From Ostreococcus lucimarinus (taxonomy: Eukaryota): a stretch of 64,000 nt of DNA. A program made the position numbers and the translations under genes. The stretch lies in the NCBI GenBank assembly GCA_000092065.1, contig CP000588.1; one strand, given 5' to 3'. Positions 57,101-64,000 of the stretch are shown in pieces. Below the pieces are notes generated by a model. The model saw only the letters and a list, made by a program, of their open reading frames with translations. It was not told the DNA's origin and ran no database searches. Each line of letters starts with the position of its first letter. Within the stretch, counting starts at the first letter, position 1.

Positions 57101-57855
57101 AAAGCATCACGCAGGAAAGCCGCATCTTCTTCGCTAGCAACCATCTTCTCCTTCTTCTTCGTCACTTTCTCAGATGTCTTGTCTTTTCCGCTCTTTGCCG
57201 CAGCACCGCGGAAAATAAAATCTACCGCCTCGCTCGTGGCGACAGGTCGGCACTGATCGGCCAGTTTCAACACCGATTTGGCCATATCTGCCGCGGCTGT
57301 ACTTTTCTTTGCAGTTTGCAACAGTACAGGCAACGCCGCGATGAAATGCTTCCCCGTCAGCGGAACCTTTTCAATCACTCCTCGCAAGACGCGTTCATAA
57401 TTCGAGTGCACGTCGGCAAACTCGGCGAGTGAACGCATGAGCGGGATTGAAAACGCATCCGCACGATAGCTGTGTTCCAAATCCGCGACTAATTCTTCCA
57501 ACTCGGGAATTTTCACCAAATGCTTGAACGCGCGCTCGGGCAAAGCCTTGACGCGCTGCGTTTGGCACAGAGCCAGCATCGCCTGCAAAGCCTGCGAGTG
57601 CAAAGGTACTCGCGTACCCTTGGCGATTCCTTCGAGTAGCGCCTCCACGAGCGGCTCACCCATTTTCGTGCGAGCCGCGAGCTGGGTCGCAACCATGAGC
57701 GCGCCCGCAAATTGCTCCGAATTCGCAGTCGACGCCAAGCCGGCTTCGAGATACGGCAAAAGGCGCGTCGTCACCGTTGGATCGACTTCCTTCATCAGGC
57801 CTATCGCCTCCGTGATGAGCACGGCGTAGAACGCCGACGTCGTTCCAACGTTTCC
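54112..57855 (-). CDS. HEATR1: HEATR1/UTP10, exon 2 of 3 (HEAT repeats)
   Basis: 1248 codons of HEAT-like helical repeats. Together with the flanking exons it gives ~2177 aa (human HEATR1 2144 aa). Confidence 0.75.
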
Positions 57856-57911
57856 CTGTGAAATGAAAAATATATTGTTAGTTTCACGAGTACTCGTGCG
57901 CGTGATTAAAC
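57856..57911 (-). other. HEATR1: HEATR1 intron 1 (56 nt, AT-rich, ATC|GTTTAA ... aaCTAACaa ... tttcacag|GGA)
   Basis: Exon 1 frame ends TAA at 57906 unless spliced. The only GT before it is at 57910-57911. CTAAC is a branch-point-like motif. The acceptor is in phase with exon 2. Confidence 0.5.
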
Positions 57912-58592
57912 GATCCAATCGCCGTGGAAAACAAACAAAAAAGTCGTCGCCGGCGCCTCGAAGTCACGCACCTTTGCCGTCGCCATCTCCGTCGCACTCT
58001 GCGCACAAAACGTAAAAAATGCCTTATCCTTCGAACATCGCACCGCCAACGCATCTCTCGGCGGCGCCGCGCCCGTCTCTTTCACCCCACCCAACCACTT
58101 AAAATGCCTACTATTCTCCAACTGACACGTCTGCGTCGCTTTGACGAACGCCGCCGTCCCGTGCCACGGCAATCCACACGCGATGAGCGCGTCCACGTCG
58201 TACACGTGTATCTTAAACCGCCGAATCAAGTATTCAAGCGTCTCACTCGCGCACCGTTCGTTAAAGTACCCGCTCAGCAACCGCAAATATCCCTCCACGC
58301 GCGCGCTCGTCGCCGCGAGTTCCTCCGCCGTCTCCAACTCCCTGTGTTTCCCCTCCGCCACGCTTCGCGCGAACAGCGTCTTCGCGTGTAGTTCGAACCG
58401 CCCGTCCCTTCGGCACAGCTCTTCGAATCCTCGCGCGCCGATCGCGTGCGCGGTCTCGCGATCGACGTCCGCGGCGTCTTTGACGTCGTACAGCAGCGAC
58501 GCCTTCGCGTTCTTTCCGATGCGTCGCTCGTGCGCGCCGGCGCGCTCCTGGAGCCCGCGCAGGGCGTCCGCGAGGGCGGTGGACGGCGCCAT
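57912..58592 (-). CDS. HEATR1: HEATR1/UTP10, exon 1 of 3 (U3 snoRNP10 N-terminal domain)
   Basis: Reads MAPSTALADALRGLQ...ASLLYDVKDAADVDRETAHAIGARGFEEL...LEYLIRRFKIHVYDVDALIACGLPWHGTAAFVK. Collinear with the HEATR1 N-terminus (ASLLFDPKEAATIDRDTAFAIGCTGLEEL..LEWLIHRFHIHLYNQDSLIACVLPYHETRIFVR). ATG 58590-58592. Confidence 0.75.
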
Positions 58593-58836
58593 CGCGCGTC
58601 GGTCGCTCGACGTCCTCGCGGCGCGCGCGACGCGAGCGACGCGCGCGACGTCGAGTGCCGCCGCCGCCGCCGGCGTCGCGCCGACGTCGCGCGCGCGTTA
58701 CATGGCGATCCATCGCGCTCGTGTACGCGAAAATGCTCGTATCGTGGACCCATGTAAGCCGATGTGGTGACGCGACGCCCACGCGACCGCGCGGCACACG
58801 CCGACGCGCGATCGCGGGCTCGACGTCGCGCGCGCG

Positions 58837-58899
58837 ATGGAGGCGTACAGGAACAAGTTCATCGCCACGGGGAAGTTCGCGCCGCTGAAACACTTCATG
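58837..58899 (+). CDS. Small His-rich membrane protein, exon 1 (MEAYRNKFIATGKFAPLKHFM)
   Basis: ATG 58837. Donor CAC TTC ATG|GTGCGC at 58900. Confidence 0.45.
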
Positions 58900-59033
58900 G
58901 TGCGCGCGCGAGAGACGCGCGCGAGGGATCGTTCGCGACGCGAACGTTCGAATGAATGCGCGCGCGGAACGACGACGACGCGACGACGGCGCGCGAGGGC
59001 GCGAGGACTGACGGAAGAACGCGCGCGCGATAG
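58900..59033 (+). other. Intron of His-rich protein gene (134 nt, GTGCGC...GATAG)
   Basis: Exon 2 (ORF 59034..59267) begins with GTG immediately after tag and lacks an upstream ATG. The phase-0 join to the exon-1 ATG ORF gives a continuous 98-aa protein. Confidence 0.45.
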
Positions 59034-59267
59034 GTGGGCGTGTTCGTGCTGGCGTTCGGGTTGGAGACGTATCATCATCACAAGTACCACGGGGAGCATG
59101 ACCACGGCGACGAGGGCCACGGGGACGGCGCGGAGGCGGCGAACGGGGCGGCGGCGAACAGCGCGAGGGAACGGGCGGCGCTGGGAAGCTTGGACGGGGC
59201 GCAGATGGAGGTGGAGGAATTGCGGGAGAAGGTGAAGGCGATGCGGGAGACTATGATGGGGCGGTGA
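59034..59267 (+). CDS. Small His-rich membrane protein, exon 2 (VGVFVLAFGLETYHHHKYHGEHDHGDEGHGDG...coiled-coil tail)
   Basis: Hydrophobic helix followed by H-x-H-x-H-rich acidic stretch and EVEELREKVKAMRETMMGR*. Confidence 0.45.
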   Translation: MGVFVLAFGLETYHHHKYHGEHDHGDEGHGDGAEAANGAAANSARERAALGSLDGAQMEVEELREKVKAMRETMMGR

Positions 59268-59469
59268 GGAGGACTTCGGCGAGGCGAGGCGAGGCGATAC
59301 CCTCGCGTAGTCGGTTTTTGTTTTGGTAATACTCAGTTAAATGTACAAAAGCGCCGCGGCTTATTCGATCGACAATGCGCGTCGGTCGTCGTGTGATGCG
59401 TCTGATGCGCGCGGGCGTCGCTTTCGCGAGCGCTAGCTATCGCGGACGCGGGCAAAAAAACAAGTCTCG

Positions 59470-60195
59470 TCACTTGACGCCGTTGGCGTTGAGACGTACG
59501 GCTTCCAACTCGCCGCGAACGTGCAGGTCCGTGGACGTCGAGTTCACGCGTTTAGCTGAGTTTATCGGAGGTGCACTCACCGGCGTGTCGCTTCCTTCGC
59601 GTTCATCGCGTTTCGTTCCGCGCTGCGCGTCCACGGATCGATTGTTGTGCGCGAACTCGTCGCCGTCGACGACGATGCGTTCGCTCGGCGAAAGCGGTTC
59701 GTCTTCGCTGTCGGAATCGCTCGGTGACTTTGAAGGCTCGGCGTCGTGCTTCCACGTGCCCCCGTCCATGGGATCGTGCACCCAATACTTCTCTCTGAAC
59801 GTGTCACGCCCGGGGTAGATGTCTGGGGTGATGACGTCGTCGCCGCCGCGCAACCAACTCATGCACATCACGAGGCACTGTCGCGCCGTCGGGCGCTTGG
59901 CTGGATTCGTCTGCGTCGCTAATCGACCTAATTCACGAATAAACTCAACCTCGTCGGCGTTCGTTTTCCTCGTTCGTCGTCGCAACTGTTCGACGAGCTG
60001 AAAACACATCACTCCGTACCCGTATATGTCGCTCGAACAGTCGTACGGCGCCCCGCTCTCGACTTCGGGCGCGCGATACTTTGGCGGTCCAATTTTGGGC
60101 GTCAACCGCGGGTTCACGTCCTCTCGCGCGGACGTCGTCCCACCCGGAAGCACGCGCGCGAGTCCAAAATCCGTCAGCTTGGCCGTTTGATAATC
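59470..60195 (-). CDS. Ser/Thr protein kinase, exon 2 (C-lobe and acidic Ser-rich tail)
   Basis: Reads DYQTAKLTDFGLARVLPGGTTSAREDV...PKYRAPEV...SDIYGYGVMCFQL. Acceptor ggtag|GAT TAT at 60196/60195. Confidence 0.7.
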   Translation of the reverse strand, partial: DYQTAKLTDFGLARVLPGGTTSAREDVNPRLTPKIGPPKYRAPEVESGAPYDCSSDIYGYGVMCFQLVEQLRRRTRKTNADEVEFIRELGRLATQTNPAKRPTARQCLVMCMSWLRGGDDVITPDIYPGRDTFREKYWVHDPMDGGTWKHDAEPSKSPSDSDSEDEPLSPSERIVVDGDEFAHNNRSVDAQRGTKRDEREGSDTPVSAPPINSAKRVNSTSTDLHVRGELEAVRLNANGVK

Positions 60196-60306
60196 CTACC
60201 GCCGCGCGAAATCGCCGAAACCGTCAGTCGAGATATTTTCTCTCCCCCTCGCGTCGCCTCGCGTCTCGCGTCGCGTCTCTTCGTCTCGTCCCCATCCCAC
60301 GCGTAC
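60196..60306 (-). other. Kinase intron (111 nt, GTACGC...GGTAG)
   Basis: ATA TCC GAG|GTACGC donor. Without splicing the frame reads VRVGWGRDEETRRE... and loses the DFG motif. Confidence 0.7.
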
Positions 60307-60753
60307 CTCGGATATCAGCACATTCCTCGCCTTCACATCCCTATGCACGTGTCCCGCCGCGTGCACGCGCGTCAGCGCTCTCGCCACGTCCGCCAGCGCC
60401 TTCACTCGATTCGTCTCGTTCACCACTCGCTTGCTCCGCAGCGAGTGCGGCACGAACTCCATCACCATGTGACAATCGCCCCTCTCGATGAACGCCCCGT
60501 ACACGCGCGTGATGTTCGGGTGCGCGAACGCGTTCAGGTACCACAGATCGCGCTTCAGGCCGGCGATTCGGTCCGGTCGCGCGTTCGCCGTGACTTTTAT
60601 CGCCACGGGTTCGCCGAGGAGTTCGCCGCGGTAAACCTTGCCGAACGAGCCGTCGCCGACTTGGCGCCACGCGTCGCGGTGCGTGAGGTCGTCCGGGTCG
60701 AAGCCGAGGGGGGCGTTGGCGCACGGGATGAGCGTCGCGTCGGGGTGCGGCAT
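60307..60753 (-). CDS. Ser/Thr protein kinase, exon 1 (N-lobe to catalytic loop)
   Basis: Reads VGDGSFGKVYRGELLGEPVAIKV...HPNITRVYGAF...HRDVKARNVLISE. ATG 60751-60753. Confidence 0.7.
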
Positions 60754-60948
60754 CGCGCGACGCCGCGGGCGCGCGCGCGGCGGCGAGTGGCGGCGATCCC
60801 ACCGATTCGGTTACGGAATTGCGCTTTTTCATCAGTCGCCGGGGGCGCGCGAGGGAGGCGAGAGGGGAGGCGAGCGCGGAGGCGAGATCGCGGACGAGGG
60901 GGGAGAGCATCGAGACGGGGACGGCGCGAGGCGATGAAATACAGGAGG

Positions 60949-63900
60949 CTAGACCTGCGGACGGGTTTGGACGACGAAGACGCGGCCGTCGCGGACGACG
61001 CCCTCGACGTCTTGGGGAGCGCCGAGCGCGCGCTCGATGGCGGCGCCGGCGCGGGCGACGGCGGCGAGCGTGGCCTGGCTCGCGTCGTGGTCCCATATCA
61101 TCGGATCAGACGCGTAATCGGCGTGGTGTTCCACGGTGGCGTGCATGGGGACGGATTCGTACAGGCCAGCGCCGGCGTAGCCTTCGAGGTCTTCGCCGTT
61201 GGAGTCGGAGCGGAAGATGAGCGTCTCGCGGGGGACGCGAAGGACGGTGTTCTTGGATGGGAATCCAGCGATTTCCGGCGGTGAGACGTCGCCGTCGGGC
61301 GTCTTCTTCACCGTAAAACTCAGCGCGCGCCCAGGATAGTTCCCGACGAGCGTTTCGCCCATGCCTTGGACGACTTCGGCGTAGAGCTCGTCGGCGGCGT
61401 TCGTGCTCGGATTCACGGTGTGAATCACGAAGGCGTGATCGGCGTTGATGACGGGTTGCACGAGCACAGACATGCGCAGATTATTGTGATCGAGACCGCG
61501 ATTACGCATGCTGACAAACGCGCGCTCGTTCCACTTTGATGCCCACACGTCACAGATGGCTTTCCACGCGAGCTCCCACGCGTCGTCGTCCTCCGGAGGG
61601 GTTAACCCGCCGCTTCGCATGACGGCGGCGAGTTTTTCGAGCATCCCAGCGGGGGGTACGATGGTGCGAACGCAACGACGGCACGATCGTAGTGACGCGG
61701 AGAGCGTCACACCAGTAGTGTCATCGATTTCACTCAAAAGCTTGTTGAGTGTCTCGGCTTGCTTTTCATTCTCCGGTCTCGCGAGGACGTGCTCAAACGT
61801 GCCGAACGGAATCGCCACGGACACCGGGAGGTTGATCCAATCGGGAATCCCGCCATTCTTCAAGGCGTCGCGCAGCGCCTTCGTATTGCGCGCTTTCGCG
61901 CCAACGAGATCCTCGCGGAAGTCTTCCATTGAAACGGCGAAATCGCCCGCGAAATCGATGGCTTTAATGTTGATTCGCTGCGCGTCACCGTTGTGCGAGG
62001 CGCCGTCTGCCGAGTTTTCCTTGCCAATGTTCTCAAATGCAATCTCATCGAACGCCACGCACTCGTCCGCGGTGACGTGTAACTTGACTGCCTTTTTGTT
62101 CATCCCAGAAAACTTGTCCAAGAGAGTCGGATCGTAGCAAGTGGCGAACAGAACGCCGCCGTTGCGCGCTCGAACGGCGCTGTGCGACAGCACGTCGACA
62201 GAGGATCCCGTGAGCACGGCGATTGCGCCGGAAGGTATCTCCTCGCCTCCGCCTACGTGATCGCAAACCAACACGGTTGGGGTTTTGAATGTTTCGTTCA
62301 TCACCTCTGCGAGGGTTTTCACGTGCGCAACAACTCCGGCGCACGTCGCGGGAGAGATAATTTGCCAATCGCCCATGTTCGCCTCGCGGCGCAAGTACGG
62401 GTCGAGTCTTGTAAGCATCAGCGAAAGCGCGAACGCCGGACCGCCGCGAATGACTTCTTCTGAAAAGAGATCGACCACCCATTTATCGCAATCGCATCGA
62501 GTGCCGATGGTATGCGCCGCCGGTTGCATGCTATCCGAAATCGCCACGGCGTGTTCGGTGACGGCGAGACGAACGCGGTCGACCGTCGCCTTTGCTCGAA
62601 GCGCCCAGGCGGCGTCGCCAGCGCGCTGTAAGTCGCGGATGCGTCGCCAGTTCATCAAACTATACAGCAAGTCATCGTTTGTAGATGGTAGAGACAGACA
62701 CAAATCTTCGAGGACCATGTCCGTCAGCTCTAACAAACCCTCCGTATCCGTCACGCCGTCCGAGCCGCGCTGAATCGCGCGATTGCTGATGTCGGCGATG
62801 GACAAGTCGAGATACAGCAACTCGCGACACCATGGCGCATCCGAAGGATCGCCCAAACCAGCATCACGTAAACCGTGTCGAGCCTCCAAGCACGCGTTCA
62901 CGACGGGAAAGATATCACCGCTCGATTGTTGCGCGATGACGTACTCGACTGCGCCTCGCGTGACGTCGGATAAACGACTGCGGCACGCGTCGTAACTCTC
63001 CGCCAAGTCTGCACCGCTATGCACGGATTTGAGAATCTTTAAATAGTTTTCGAAGTCTCGAATGAGATTATCCTTAATATTTGGTCGCCAGATCGGTTCA
63101 CTTCTCACGGGACGCTCGAAAGATTCCAACCGTTCCTTGGTGACGCCGCCTTCGGAGAGAGTATGCCAGTACGCCCCCAAATTACCGTCGGATCGTAAAA
63201 AGTCCAAGTAGGCTTGACAGATAATGATATCGTCTGGAGTAGTATTATTGTGTAGCTTTTGATGCCACTCCTCCATCCAAATGCCCTTAACCTCCTTAAT
63301 GTTGTTTCGGTGCATAATGTTCAAGATTTCGTCGCGAATTTGTTGGCCTTGTCCACCCTCGCCGCCCTTGCCCACGGTGCCGAGCATGAGACGCGCCATA
63401 TCGCGTAAATGCGGCTTTGTGACGTAAATTTCTGCGAGCATGTGCGTCAGACGAGATTGCGCGCTCGACAGTTCTCGTGGTTTGACGTTGTAGTTCCGTT
63501 GCCAGGTCAACTGTCGAATGGAGCTGTATCGAAGCCATACAAAAATTTTAGCCGCCGCGCTTTGCGCCTTGGCCGAGTCTTCGCCCTGGACGCAATATTT
63601 TTCCAAAAGCGATCGCGCGAGATTAAAACGATGCATGAGCGACCACCACGATCCTCCAGCTTCGGCGCGCGTGATGGTATCCACGAGCTCATCCGCGACG
63701 CGATCTTCTTCCTTGACTCGTATGCACGACGCGTGATAATTGGCGTTGCCGTTGGACGTGTCCTTGTACCACGCGGTCCCGTCAACGTTGCGAAAGACGA
63801 AATGCAACCCCATGAGCTCGTTTGGGCCATCACCCGGAAGATTGAACTCGAGTCTTTGCATGTAAGCGCACTCGTCGAACAGATCTGCGTCATCCATGGA

Positions 63901-64000
63901 CGGTGTCGACGATACGCGATCCGCCGGAAAGCAACCGGTGAATTCCTCGAGCGGCGTCTCGCAGCTCATGTGTGACACCGCCTCCGTACCGGCGGGATGC
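60949..64000 (-). CDS. GWD: Alpha-glucan water dikinase (GWD/PWD family), 5'-truncated by window edge
   Basis: C-terminus reads ..VLSHSAVRARNGGVLFATCYD (phosphohistidine domain) and ..GAPQDVEGVVRDGRVFVVQTRPQV* (PEP/pyruvate-binding). N-terminal region ..WMEEWHQKLHNNTTPDDIIICQAYLDFLRSD..AYWHTLSEGGVTKERL matches GWD. The reading frame is open from 63978 to the window end, so the true start and CBM45 domains probably lie beyond 64000. Confidence 0.8.
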   Translation of the reverse strand, partial: HPAGTEAVSHMSCETPLEEFTGCFPADRVSSTPSMDDADLFDECAYMQRLEFNLPGDGPNELMGLHFVFRNVDGTAWYKDTSNGNANYHASCIRVKEEDRVADELVDTITRAEAGGSWWSLMHRFNLARSLLEKYCVQGEDSAKAQSAAAKIFVWLRYSSIRQLTWQRNYNVKPRELSSAQSRLTHMLAEIYVTKPHLRDMARLMLGTVGKGGEGGQGQQIRDEILNIMHRNNIKEVKGIWMEEWHQKLHNNTTPDDIIICQAYLDFLRSDGNLGAYWHTLSEGGVTKERLESFERPVRSEPIWRPNIKDNLIRDFENYLKILKSVHSGADLAESYDACRSRLSDVTRGAVEYVIAQQSSGDIFPVVNACLEARHGLRDAGLGDPSDAPWCRELLYLDLSIADISNRAIQRGSDGVTDTEGLLELTDMVLEDLCLSLPSTNDDLLYSLMNWRRIRDLQRAGDAAWALRAKATVDRVRLAVTEHAVAISDSMQPAAHTIGTRCDCDKWVVDLFSEEVIRGGPAFALSLMLTRLDPYLRREANMGDWQIISPATCAGVVAHVKTLAEVMNETFKTPTVLVCDHVGGGEEIPSGAIAVLTGSSVDVLSHSAVRARNGGVLFATCYDPTLLDKFSGMNKKAVKLHVTADECVAFDEIAFENIGKENSADGASHNGDAQRINIKAIDFAGDFAVSMEDFREDLVGAKARNTKALRDALKNGGIPDWINLPVSVAIPFGTFEHVLARPENEKQAETLNKLLSEIDDTTGVTLSASLRSCRRCVRTIVPPAGMLEKLAAVMRSGGLTPPEDDDAWELAWKAICDVWASKWNERAFVSMRNRGLDHNNLRMSVLVQPVINADHAFVIHTVNPSTNAADELYAEVVQGMGETLVGNYPGRALSFTVKKTPDGDVSPPEIAGFPSKNTVLRVPRETLIFRSDSNGEDLEGYAGAGLYESVPMHATVEHHADYASDPMIWDHDASQATLAAVARAGAAIERALGAPQDVEGVVRDGRVFVVQTRPQV

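Noticed and set aside
60341-61096. 251-aa minus ORF spanning the kinase/GWD junction
   Set aside because: Arg/Pro-rich junk in a different frame from both the kinase exon 1 and the GWD C-terminus.

Overview
This window reads as a very GC-rich, extremely compact nuclear chromosome segment from a green alga. It has TDY-type MAPK, plant-like QCR6, GRIM-19 and RNR2, GWD (starch), YggT and TGTAA poly(A) signals. Intergenic spacers are tiny and the few spliceosomal introns are short, a pattern I attribute to a Mamiellophyceae, possibly Micromonas-like, genome; that attribution is inference. I can support about 45 protein-coding genes on both strands, most intronless. Thirteen introns of 56 to 352 nt are inferred from homology breaks. 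I found no rRNA, tRNA, transposon or CRISPR array. Because of the GC richness, almost every antisense frame stays open as long Arg/Ala/Pro-rich pseudo-ORFs. Many six-frame ORF 'starts' are also GTG/TTG rather than ATG. I therefore re-derived real starts and exon boundaries by reading homology and splice signals. Recognisable genes, in order, are: YggT, TDY-MAPK, a Cys-type GPX, NOP56 (1 intron), ELP2, a thioredoxin-like protein, an ankyrin-TM-J-domain protein, a ~1330-aa IPT/Calx-beta/cadherin-like/Cys-rich/extensin-like receptor-type surface protein, a membrane-anchored M14 carboxypeptidase, RNR2 (4 exons), eS30 (2 exons) followed 11 bp later by an organellar uS15, a RuvC-like+SAP organellar nuclease, QCR6 (start codon apparently split by an intron), NDUFA13/GRIM-19 (2 exons), VPS22, an RNaseIII-like/dsRBD protein, RPC9, DDX42 (containing a perfect 87-bp tandem duplication), PIMT, DNA polymerase alpha catalytic subunit, a Spinster-type MFS transporter, a TCAB1/WRAP53-like WD40 protein, a divergent 14-3-3, PTRHD1, an ABC1/ADCK kinase, a large gamma-tubulin-complex (GCP) protein, HEATR1/UTP10 (3 exons, ~2177 aa), a small His-rich membrane protein (2 exons), a Ser/Thr kinase (2 exons) and a 5'-truncated alpha-glucan water dikinase at the window edge. 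Several conserved hypotheticals are also present.
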